Shown here piece after piece: positions 27,821 to 37,200 of a stretch of DNA of 64,000 bases. The DNA comes from a virus: the IMG/VR virus record IMGVR_UViG_3300029258_001212, positions 32,001 through 96,000 of that record; one strand, given 5' to 3'. The stretch's first letter is position 1, and every line of letters begins with the position of its first letter. Made by a program: the position numbers and the translations under genes. The notes beneath the pieces were generated by a model. The model saw only the letters and a list, made by a program, of their open reading frames with translations. It did no database searches and was not told the origin of the DNA.

Positions 27821-28560
27821 GTCCGACCGTCACACCGTTTGTCCAAGCTGCGCCCACGGGGGACGTGTGGATCTCGGACTTCGATCTGGGCGTGGTGCGT
27901 CACCTGGGCGCGCAACAGATCGATGACGACTGGTGGGTAAACATCGACGGTGTGGATCCGCCCCCCTACCCTGGGTCCTACCGAGTGGCGGAGCTCCGTG
28001 GCCAGGCGATGCCTGGGATCCCAGTGATCTGGAACGCGCCAGACGACCGGTTCCAGAGCTTCGTTCTTCCCTGCATCGTGGTGCGCCGCGACAGTGTGGA
28101 TCCGGCCCCAGAGCGGTGGCCTAGCGTCCACCTGAAGTACAGGGCTGGCCAGGGTGAGCAGGTCACGTCCACATGGGGCAGGACCGAATTCACCGGCGGC
28201 TACGAGGAGTACGAGGAGCAGTACGGCAGTTTTCCGTATAATCTCATGTATATGTTCTCTGTGCTCACGGCCGGGGTGAAGGCGGAGTCCAATGCCCAGC
28301 GGATGCTGAAGCATGTGATGAAGCGTTACCCTCCCCAGGGGTTTACCCGGATCCCTGTCCTGGACAGCCTGGGGGATGAGCGCACCTACGATTGCACGGC
28401 AGAGGGGCCAACAGATCTGAAGGATGCGCTGGACATTGTGGATCGCCAAGGCGGATTCGCCTTGAACGTGACGGTGCAAGGTGAGATAGACTTGAACGAC
28501 CCGCTCCTGGTGAAGGCTGCGAGATCGCTTGCAATCGAAGATCATGTAGGTGTACCATAG
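27817..28560 (+). CDS. putative tail terminator (gp15-like)
   Basis: IPVIWNAPDD, LPCIVVRR, PYNLMY pattern; upstream of the sheath. Confidence 0.6.
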   Translation: MSPTVTPFVQAAPTGDVWISDFDLGVVRHLGAQQIDDDWWVNIDGVDPPPYPGSYRVAELRGQAMPGIPVIWNAPDDRFQSFVLPCIVVRRDSVDPAPERWPSVHLKYRAGQGEQVTSTWGRTEFTGGYEEYEEQYGSFPYNLMYMFSVLTAGVKAESNAQRMLKHVMKRYPPQGFTRIPVLDSLGDERTYDCTAEGPTDLKDALDIVDRQGGFALNVTVQGEIDLNDPLLVKAARSLAIEDHVGVP

Positions 28561-28582
28561 GGCGGATCCCGGAGCTGAATAG

Positions 28583-29089
28583 ATGGCCAGATTCCGCAAC
28601 ACTCAAAATCGTCCCCTACCCGTGGACTTCGCCAACGGCGATTCCATGTCCGTTGCCCCCCTGGCCGAGTTCCCTGTGGATCGGCAGACTGCGAACAGCA
28701 GTCCGTTCCGTGCGCTGAAAAGAAAGGGTCACGTGGTCGAGGTGGGAGTGGATCCAAAGCCTGTGAAGGTGCCGGCCGCTCCCGCTCCTCTGCCACCTCC
28801 CCCGAAGCATACCCCGGAGCCAGTGAAGGCCCCGGAGCCCAAGCCTGAGCCCCAACCCGAGCCCGAGCTCGAGGTGGAGCTAGAGGCGGAACCGGCTCCA
28901 GAGCCTCCGCCAGTTCCCTCCGATGACCCCGGGCAGCCTGTTACTGAGCCCGGAGCCGAGTCTTCTGATGCTCACGAGTCCGAGCCCCCCGCCGATGACG
29001 GCGAGGAGAGCGGCAAGGATGAGCCCCCGCCCGGGGAGACTCCGACTCCGAAGCGTACCTCCAAGCGCAGACGCAAGCGCAAGGGGTAG
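28583..29089 (+). CDS. small N-terminal domain plus Pro/Glu-rich disordered tail
   Basis: Typical of the pre-sheath gene in myoviruses. Confidence 0.6.
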   Translation: MARFRNTQNRPLPVDFANGDSMSVAPLAEFPVDRQTANSSPFRALKRKGHVVEVGVDPKPVKVPAAPAPLPPPPKHTPEPVKAPEPKPEPQPEPELEVELEAEPAPEPPPVPSDDPGQPVTEPGAESSDAHESEPPADDGEESGKDEPPPGETPTPKRTSKRRRKRKG

Positions 29090-29187
29090 CAGGATCGGTA
29101 ACATGCGGCTGCCCAGGCGGTAGCTGTTCAAAAGATTCATGAACGGATCGCCGCTCCGATGGAGTGGCACATCGGAGGAGAACCATC

Positions 29188-31353
29188 ATGGCGGAATACC
29201 TGAGCCCGGGCGTCTACATCGAGGAGCGAGCGGCGGGTCCCGCGGTGGTCAGCGGCGTGAGCACGTCCACGTGCGCCACCGTGGGCTGGCTCCAGCGCGG
29301 ACCGGTGGGGAAGGCCACCCTGGTCACGGGGTTCGATGACTTCGTGGACAAGTTCGGCTCCTACTGGAGCAACAGCTACGTGCCCTACGCCATGGCGGCG
29401 TTCTTCTCCAACGGTGGCTCCCGCGCGTACATCGTGCGCGAGGTGCCGGCCAACGCGGTGAAGGCGGACTGCGCCATCGAAGATGCGGACCAGGCGGCCT
29501 ACGTGCTGGGCTGGCGCATCCCGGCGGCGGGCATCACCATCACGGCCACCACCGATGACGGGCTCAAGGTCACGGACGAGGCGGCGGCCTACGATGACAT
29601 TGACCTGACCGCGGGCGGTGGCACCGGGACCTACACGGCCACCCAGATCGCCGCTGCGATCAACGCGGACATTTCCGCCACGTCCACGGCCTCGGTGGTC
29701 ACCGACACGGACGGCTACCAGCGGATCAAGATCACGTCGGACCAGACCGGCGGCACGGGCGCGAGCTCCTCGGTGGCGGTGGAGGCCCCCACCACCCTGG
29801 GCGATGGCACCCAGCTCATCTTCGGTGGCACCCCGAGTGCCACCGGGTCGGACCAGGCGGATCGCTGGTCGATCACGGCCGAGAACGAGGGCGCCTGGGG
29901 CAACCTGGTCAAGGCGTGCCTGATCGGCAACGATTCCTACCGGGACACCACCAACGGCGGCTACACCAAGTTCGACATGCTGGTGTACGAGGAGAGCTCC
30001 CTCGGGGCCGGCGACTACGTGGTGCAGGAGCAGCTCGGGCCGTTCAACCTCACCACGGCGGGTGATCCGGACTACTTCGTGGACGAGGTGAACGCCAAGT
30101 CGGACCTGGTGCGCGTGGCGGCCGGCGCCAGCCCGGGCGTACCCTGGGAGCTCCAGCCGGCCACCTGGACGGCCGAGCCGCTGTTCCTCGAGGACGGTGC
30201 CAGCTTGGCCTACACGCTCTATCTGGCGCACCCGGAGGTGCTCCGGAGCTCGGTGAGCATCACCGATGGCACCGAGACGTTCACCGACGACGGCAATGGC
30301 ACCCTCACGGGTGACCAGGGCGGCGACGGGACGATCAACTACACCACCGGGTACGTGACCCTCAACTTCAACGCCACGGGTACGGCGGTGGTGACGGCCA
30401 CCTACAAACAGGTGAGCCATGACACCGAGGCGTGCTGCACCCTGTCCGGCGGCTCGGACGGCACGGGCGGTCTGACCCGTTCCCTGGTGACGGACCCGGC
30501 GCTCCAGTCCAGCCGGCGCGGGATCTACGCCCTGGACCAGATCGAAGAGATCCTCCAGGTGTTCCTCCCGGACTTCGCGGGCTCGGTGATCGTGGCCAAC
30601 GACCTGATCGCCTGGGCGGAGGACGGCAAGGACCGGTTCATCCTCCTGGATCCGGCTTCGGATCTCACCCCCCAGGAGGTGCTCGAGTACCGGCAGTTCA
30701 CCGGGGCGTTCGCCAGCTCCTACGCGGCGCTGTACTACCCCTGGGTGACCATCGCCAACAGCCTGGCGAACAACCGGCCCATGAACATGCCCCCCTCGGG
30801 CTTCGTGGCCGGCGTGTTCGCCCGGACGGATCAGCAGCGGAACGTCGGAAAGGCCCCCGCGGGCATCAACGACGGGAAGCTCCTCCTGGCCATCGGGCTC
30901 GAGTACGACACGAGCAAGGGCGAGCGGGATCTGATCTACCCGGCGAACATCAACCCCCTGGTGGACAGCCCCCAGACGGGCCGGGCTGTATGGGGCGCTC
31001 GGACCATGAGCATCGACGCGGAGTGGAAGTACATCCAGGTCCGCAGGTTGTTCATGTTCCTGGAGAAGTCCACGTTCCTGGCCACCCACTGGGCGGTCTT
31101 CGAGTCCAACAACGCGGGGCTGTGGGCGCGGATCTCCGCGAGCCTCAACTCGTTCATGCTCAACCTCCACAACGAGGGCTACTTCGCCGGGCAGGATCCG
31201 GACGAGTCCTTCAAGGTGGTGTGCGACAGCACCAACAACCCCCAGGAGAACATCGACCTGGGCCTGGTGACGTGCGACATTTACGCCGCTCCGAACAAGC
31301 CCGGCGAATTCGTGCGGTTCCGGTTCCAGCAAAAGGTCAACCAGAGCGCCTAA
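29188..31353 (+). CDS. tail sheath protein
   Basis: MAEYLSPGVYIEE, YAALYYPWV, PPSGFVAGVFARTD, GKAPAG, VWGART, WKYIQVRRLF, KPGEFVRFRF. Confidence 0.96.
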   Translation: MAEYLSPGVYIEERAAGPAVVSGVSTSTCATVGWLQRGPVGKATLVTGFDDFVDKFGSYWSNSYVPYAMAAFFSNGGSRAYIVREVPANAVKADCAIEDADQAAYVLGWRIPAAGITITATTDDGLKVTDEAAAYDDIDLTAGGGTGTYTATQIAAAINADISATSTASVVTDTDGYQRIKITSDQTGGTGASSSVAVEAPTTLGDGTQLIFGGTPSATGSDQADRWSITAENEGAWGNLVKACLIGNDSYRDTTNGGYTKFDMLVYEESSLGAGDYVVQEQLGPFNLTTAGDPDYFVDEVNAKSDLVRVAAGASPGVPWELQPATWTAEPLFLEDGASLAYTLYLAHPEVLRSSVSITDGTETFTDDGNGTLTGDQGGDGTINYTTGYVTLNFNATGTAVVTATYKQVSHDTEACCTLSGGSDGTGGLTRSLVTDPALQSSRRGIYALDQIEEILQVFLPDFAGSVIVANDLIAWAEDGKDRFILLDPASDLTPQEVLEYRQFTGAFASSYAALYYPWVTIANSLANNRPMNMPPSGFVAGVFARTDQQRNVGKAPAGINDGKLLLAIGLEYDTSKGERDLIYPANINPLVDSPQTGRAVWGARTMSIDAEWKYIQVRRLFMFLEKSTFLATHWAVFESNNAGLWARISASLNSFMLNLHNEGYFAGQDPDESFKVVCDSTNNPQENIDLGLVTCDIYAAPNKPGEFVRFRFQQKVNQSA

Positions 31354-31383
31354 TCGGCACTGGATCCGGAAAGGAGATAGAAC

Positions 31384-31857
31384 ATGGCGCGTTCCATTGC
31401 TCTCGACTACTACCAGGCGTTCCGGTTCGGTGCATCGTTCACCTGGAACGGCACGGCCTACGTCCAGGAAGGGACGGGGTTCAACAACATCACGATCCCG
31501 GAGACCAGCCAGGAGGCGGCCGAGTACCGCGAGGGGAAGGACACCTGGACCAAGAAGCAGCCGGGTCCCCCCACCGTCTCCGAAGTCACGCTCCAGCGTG
31601 GCGTCACCAAGGCGTTCACCGGGTTCTGGGACTGGATCATCGGATCCATCCGCGGTGCGGAGTACCGCGTGGATCTGATCATCCACCACTTTCACCGTGA
31701 GGACGACATTCAGGGCGCCGCCAGCTTCCGCGTGGAGCTCGGCCAGGCGTTCCCGAGCCGGGTGAAGCCCACGGGTGACCTGGACGCCACCAGCTCGGAG
31801 ATCTCGCTGGCGGAGCTGGAGCTCACCTGCGAGGAGATGGACATCGCCATCGCGTAG
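31384..31857 (+). CDS. tail tube protein (gp19 family)
   Basis: EYREG...KQPG...VTLQRGV...FWDWI...LDATSSEI. Confidence 0.9.
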   Translation: MARSIALDYYQAFRFGASFTWNGTAYVQEGTGFNNITIPETSQEAAEYREGKDTWTKKQPGPPTVSEVTLQRGVTKAFTGFWDWIIGSIRGAEYRVDLIIHHFHREDDIQGAASFRVELGQAFPSRVKPTGDLDATSSEISLAELELTCEEMDIAIA

Positions 31858-31896
31858 GCGGTGGACACCATGACCCCTCTTCGGTAGGATCGTCAC

Positions 31897-32493
31897 ATGC
31901 CCCGGCTCCGTTTACTGGACCGGCTCCAGGTGTACCAGTTTCACCTGATGGACGTGTCCTACAGCTTGGCGTTTCCCCCTTGGGCCCTGGACCCGCTCCT
32001 TTCCTTCAAGTCCATTACCGCTCCCGAGGTTACTCTCGAGGTGGAGGAGCTTGCAGAGGGCACGCACCCGTTCAAGCGGCACCTGATCTCAGGTGGATCT
32101 GTGAGCTCCATCACGCTGACCCGCGGGGCCAGCTTCTACGATTCGGAGTTCTGGCGGTGGATCGTGGCCACGGCCAAGGGCAACCCCGGGGGGCCGTTTG
32201 GATCCATGAGCGGCAAGCGGCGCAACCTCCTCTTGATCCAGTTCACCGGCTACAGCGCCACGGCCATCGGGGAAGCTGGTGCCGAGCTCCAGGCGGTGGC
32301 CCAGGTGGCCCGGGGGTTCCTCCCGGACGTTGGGGGCATCCTTCGGGTTCCAGCCCGGGCATGGCTCCTGATGGATTGCCTACCAATTCGGTATAAGTCT
32401 GGGAGTGACTTCGATGCGAGCTCCAGTGAGATCTCGCTGATGGAGCTCGAGCTACATCCGGACCGGATCGAGGAGTTCTCCATCACGGGGTGA
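31897..32493 (+). CDS. second tube-family protein (tube initiator-like)
   Basis: ITLTRG...FWRWI...FDASSSEISLMELEL, paralogous to the previous gene. Confidence 0.82.
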   Translation: MPRLRLLDRLQVYQFHLMDVSYSLAFPPWALDPLLSFKSITAPEVTLEVEELAEGTHPFKRHLISGGSVSSITLTRGASFYDSEFWRWIVATAKGNPGGPFGSMSGKRRNLLLIQFTGYSATAIGEAGAELQAVAQVARGFLPDVGGILRVPARAWLLMDCLPIRYKSGSDFDASSSEISLMELELHPDRIEEFSITG

Positions 32494-32495
32494 CC

Positions 32496-32738
32496 ATGAA
32501 CCTATCCAGAGCGCAGCGTGAGGCCCTGTGGGCGTATCTCGAGGGCCAGACGACCCAGGAGGCCACCACGGCCAGCATGGTGTTCCCAGCGGCCATCCTG
32601 GGGCCAGCGGTGAGTCCCCCGACCATCGTGCGCCGGCCGTGGCCAGCCCCGGTCACCGGAGAGCGCAAGCGCAAGCGCAAGGCCCGCACGCGCGTGCGGG
32701 AAGAGACCCTGTTTCCTCACTCCACGGCCGCCAAGTAG
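32496..32738 (+). CDS. small hypothetical protein
   Basis: Short coupled ORF containing LE|G and QE|A sites. Confidence 0.45.
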   Translation: MNLSRAQREALWAYLEGQTTQEATTASMVFPAAILGPAVSPPTIVRRPWPAPVTGERKRKRKARTRVREETLFPHSTAAK

Positions 32739-32773
32739 TACACTCGGATTCGAATCAGATCCCGCCAGTCCCA

Positions 32774-32817
32774 TTGACATGGGATCTACAACACCTGTAT
32801 AACTCTTGAGTAGATCC
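32774..32817 (+). promoter_or_regulatory. sigma70-like promoter with overlapping inverted repeat
   Basis: TTGACA (32774)-N18-TATAAC (32798); GGATCTAC (32782)...GTAGATCC (32810). Confidence 0.65.
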
Positions 32818-33036
32818 ATGGCAGGACGCGGCTACAAATTCCCAGATCCAGAGGACAAGCACACGTTCAACTTCTGGATGAAAAAGTCCCACTACGTGGA
32901 GCTCCAGGAGCTCGCCGGATTCGAAAGCCGAAGCGTGGCGGACATTGTGCGGGAGCTGATAGCAGAGCACCTACGTGACAAGTCAGAGGCGGACAAGGCC
33001 AGGCGCCGCCGGACCACCAGGAGGAAAGCCAGATGA
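32818..33036 (+). CDS. ribbon-helix-helix (CopG/Arc-like) DNA-binding protein
   Basis: HTFNFWM...ELQELAGFESRSVADIVRELIAEHL. Confidence 0.75.
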   Translation: MAGRGYKFPDPEDKHTFNFWMKKSHYVELQELAGFESRSVADIVRELIAEHLRDKSEADKARRRRTTRRKAR

Positions 33037-34034
33037 GCACCGATGAGAGCAAGCCCACCGATTCCCGGCCGATGCCCGAAGGCGTCAACTTCGCCCCGCT
33101 CAAGCCGGCCGGCGAGCGCCACCAGGGGCCACCCAAGTCGGACGGTCCGCCCCCTGGCATCCCCGGCGGCCCGGCCCCGGGCGCATCCCTGGGCACGGAC
33201 TTCAAGGGAGCTCACCAGGGAGGCGTCCTGGACGCCCCCAAGCCCCAGGCACCGGCGCCCTATGACATGGACAACGCGGTCCACAGTGGAGGCGAGGTGA
33301 AGCTCCTGGGGGGCGCCATCGAAGAGAACGGTGCGGAGCCCAGGCGCCTGTACCGGGTACTGCTACGTGAGATGACCGGTGTGGAGGAGGACATTCTCAC
33401 CAACGGTCGGATCGAAGCGGCCACCCGGTTCTCCCGGGTGATCTCCGGCTGCATGGAGCGCGTGGGTGGCGATGAGGGTGACTGGATCACGGATCCGCGC
33501 AAGATGCCCGGTCTCTTCGAGGAGTTCACCATCGCGGACCGCACGCTTCTCCTGTTGCACCTTCGGATCATCAGTGTGGACGACGGGGAGTGGTTCAAGT
33601 TCGTCGCACGCTGTCCCCAGTGCGGCGCGGAGAACCGGCTCCGGGTCAACCTCACCGAGCTCGAGCGCCAGCCGATGCTGGATCCGATGGAGCGTGCCTA
33701 CGATGTGACCCTTCCGAGCTCTGGCCACGTGGCGCGGTGCCGGATCATGCTCGGGAAACATGAGGGCATCGTGGCCAAGGCCCAGGAGGCGCGTCGGGAT
33801 CTCCTGTCCGCCGCTCTCCTGGCGCGCGTGGTGGAGATCAACGGGCGCCCAGTGCGGATCCAGGACCTGAAGCAGCTCTCCCTCAAGGACCGCAACTTCC
33901 TCCGCGGTGAATTCGAGAAGCGCGAGGGCGGGATCGACACCAGTGTGGACAACACGTGTGGATCCTGCGGAGCCGGATTCGAAGCCGATCTGGACATCAC
34001 CCAAAAGGATTTTTTCTTCCCCTCGGGGACATAA
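33033..34034 (+). CDS. tail assembly chaperone / baseplate hub assembly protein (gp26-like, Zn-binding)
   Basis: LREMTGVEEDIL, ADRTLLLLHLRIIS, CPQC, CGSC, DFFFP; precedes the tape measure gene. Confidence 0.8.
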   Translation: MSTDESKPTDSRPMPEGVNFAPLKPAGERHQGPPKSDGPPPGIPGGPAPGASLGTDFKGAHQGGVLDAPKPQAPAPYDMDNAVHSGGEVKLLGGAIEENGAEPRRLYRVLLREMTGVEEDILTNGRIEAATRFSRVISGCMERVGGDEGDWITDPRKMPGLFEEFTIADRTLLLLHLRIISVDDGEWFKFVARCPQCGAENRLRVNLTELERQPMLDPMERAYDVTLPSSGHVARCRIMLGKHEGIVAKAQEARRDLLSAALLARVVEINGRPVRIQDLKQLSLKDRNFLRGEFEKREGGIDTSVDNTCGSCGAGFEADLDITQKDFFFPSGT

Positions 34035-34207
34035 AGGAGCTGGAGCACGAGGTTTTCTACCTTATGGAGGAGCTCCAGATCCCATATAATGATGCGATGA
34101 CAATGCCGAGCTCGAGGCGGTTCAGAATGTGTCAACGCAAGGCAGATCTGGAAGATGCGCGGGAAGCGGCAACAAAGGCAGAGCTAAACAAGATCAAGCG
34201 GGTTTAG
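34010..34207 (+). other. -1 programmed frameshift site and frameshift extension of the chaperone
   Basis: T TTT TTC at 34010-34016; -1 frame is open to 34207 (LEHEVFYLMEELQIPYNDAMTMPSSRR). Confidence 0.75.
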
Positions 34208-34261
34208 CGCCACGATTGTACTGATTAGATCCACTGGACCCGCCAGGTAGGCGAGCAACCC

Positions 34262-37200
34262 ATGGCGGGCTACAACTTCGGCGGCCTCGGATTCACGTTC
34301 TTCGGCAAGGACGTGACACTCGGTGCGACCCTCAACAAGGTCTCCGAGGGCTTCACGACAGTCTGGAACGGGCTCAAGAATCTGGCCGGCAACGCGGCCA
34401 GGATGACGGGCCGAATCACGTCCAGCTTCAAGGGGCTCGCCTCCCGCGGCAAGGGGCTGATGGGGGCCGTCACCGGCGCCCTGGACAACATGGCCAACCG
34501 GGCCATGAACCCCAACATAGACAATGCCCTGAGCTCCACAGCGGCCCAGTTCCGCAAGACGTGGGGCGAGATCACCGTGGGCATGAACATGAACAGCAAG
34601 GTGGCCAGCCGGTGGAAGTCCGCCCTGAGTTCCGCGGCATACTCGCTCAACACCGACTGGGGGGAGGCGGCGAAAAACTGGGCGGCCTTCCGTCGCCAGG
34701 GGCTCAAGCTCGAGGAGGTGCTGGGCACGAAGGGGATGACGGCTACAGCGCGCCAACTCATCCGGGTCACCTCGGTGCTGGGCATCGAAGGGAAGCAGCT
34801 CGCCCTGATCTACTCTGGGCTCACCAAGGGGTTCGGGTTCACCACGAAGCGCGTGCGCGGGCTGATGGACATGGTGTTCTCCCTGGGCAAGCAATTCAAC
34901 TTCGGCAAGGAGGCGGTCCAAGGGATGCCAGGCATCCTGGATGTGCTCAACAAGGAGCTCGCCGGGATGTTCAAGGGGGCCGGCCCCAAGGACATTGAGA
35001 AGTTCACGTTCTCCATCATGAAGCTGGCGGCCGGCTTCAAGGAGGGGCTCGGCGCCAGCGCGGAGGACGCACTCGAGCTCTCGAAAAACCTGTTCACTAC
35101 CCTGGCCAAGGAGCGCAAGGGCCTCGAGCGGATGTTCATCGGGATGGGGGACGGATTTTCAGGCATTGCCAAGGCGCTGTCCGAAAAGGGCGGGGTCCAA
35201 AAAGCCTTCAAGATGATCATGGCGGACCCCGCCAAGTTCATGGAGGCCCTCCGCAAGATGAGCGCAGACGCGGAGAAGCGCGGCGGCAGCATGGGCGCCA
35301 GCTTCCTCCGGCTCAAGACGAGCATCACGAAGGCTCTGGGGGCCAACGTCTCGTTCCTCGCCACTGGGAAGGATTCATGGAGCAAGGCCAGCAAGGCCAT
35401 GGACACCATGAACAAGATGATCGCCAACCAGTCCAAGTACCTGGGGGCGATGGGCAAGGCGGCCAAGAAAAACTACGGCACCGGGCTCACGAAGGGGGAC
35501 GCCTACAAGCGAATGCTGGACCAGTTCAACATCCGGCTCAAAAAGCTCTCCGAGCCAGGGTTGAACAAGTGGATCAAGATGCAGAAAAAGGGATTCGACT
35601 CCCTGATGGATCGGCTCGGTGGAAAGAACGGGCTGGCCAAGAAGTCGGGTCCGATTGGAGCTCTCACCAGGCGCCTCCTCCTCATGCAGCGCGTGGGTCT
35701 CTCCGGTCTGTTTGTCGGGCTTGGAAACCTGGGGCCCATCATCGAAATGGTGGTCACCAAGATGGGCCCGATGCTCACGGCCTTGGCGGCCATGGGTGTC
35801 TCGTTCGCCTTCCTGGGCAAGCTCCTGTTGCCCGGGGGGATAATTCTCGCTGGGCTGATGCTGTTCCACAAGGGCATCCGCGAAAAGGTCCTGAGCGGCC
35901 TGGAGAAGCTCTGGGAGTACGCCAAGGAGTACCTCCCCAAGATGTGGCCCCAGATCAAGGAGGGGCTCTATCTGGCATGGACGAAAGCCGTCGCGGCCAT
36001 GAATTGGCTCATGGAGGTGGTGAGCCCGATGATGCTTCGCCTGGCGGACGCCATCGCCGGGGTGGACTGGGGCGGCCTGACCATGAAGCTCCTGTCCTAC
36101 ATGGGCAAGTTCTTCCGGGGTCTCTTCGAGGCCATCTTCGGCGGCAAGGAGGCCACGAAGGGGGTCACGGCCGGCGTGGACAAGTCCACGGACACGGCGG
36201 CGAGCAAGTTCGCTGCGGCCGGCAAGAAGCTCGCCGGGGCCATCGGCAAGGCCCTCAAGACGGTGGTGGTCACGGTCGGGAGTCAGATCTACAAGTTCTT
36301 CACCGACTGGTCCATGGGCTTCGAGAAAGGGGTGGCCCAAAAGGGCAAGCTGATCGGCGGGATTTTCATCACGATGATGTTCTTCGGGTCCACCAGGCGC
36401 CTCATGCTCCGGGGCCTGATGTGGATCGCTTCCACGATGTATTCCATGCTCGCCGGGATGCTCACCAAGATGTACGTCTGGGCGGCCGGAATGGCCACCC
36501 AGTGGGGCATCGCATTCTGGCCAGTGGTGGCAGCCATCGCAGTGATCGCAGCCCTGGGGGTGGCGTTCTACGCCCTCACGGGCAAGATGGGCAAGACGGC
36601 GAAGCTCATCGCCAAGATCATCCTGCACCCGTTCCTGATGCTGTGGGACCTAATCCAGCCCGTGATCAAGGCGATCAAGGCGCTCTGGAAGGGCGACGTG
36701 CTGGGGTTTTTCAAGTACGCCGGCATTGCCATGCTCAAGGCAATCACGTTCCCATTCCGCTATCTCGGTGGCGTGGTGGAAAACGCGGTCAACCTGGTGA
36801 GCCACCTGTGGGGCAAGCTGCGGGACTCACTCAGCGCCAGAGGCAAGGGAATCCTGGACGCAATCGCCGGACCGTTCAAGGTGATGTGGGGCGTGATCAA
36901 GCCGTTGATCGATGCGGTTAAGAAGCTGGCCGGTGGGGACTTCGTGGGCTTCTTTAAGAGCATGGGGAGCTTCCTCCTCGAGGCGCTCCTGTTCCCCTTC
37001 AAGATGCTGTGGAAGGGCGTCAAGCTGTTCTACACGTTGATCGTGGAAGGGTGGAAGTCTCTGTACGCCTCGCTCGGTTCCACCGGTCGGGGAATCATGG
37101 ACGCCATCACGTGGCCGTTCCGGATGCTGTGGAAGGCAGCGAGCTGGACTGTGGGCGCGGTGCAGACGGCGTTCCAGGGGATGTGGACAGGACTGAAGTG

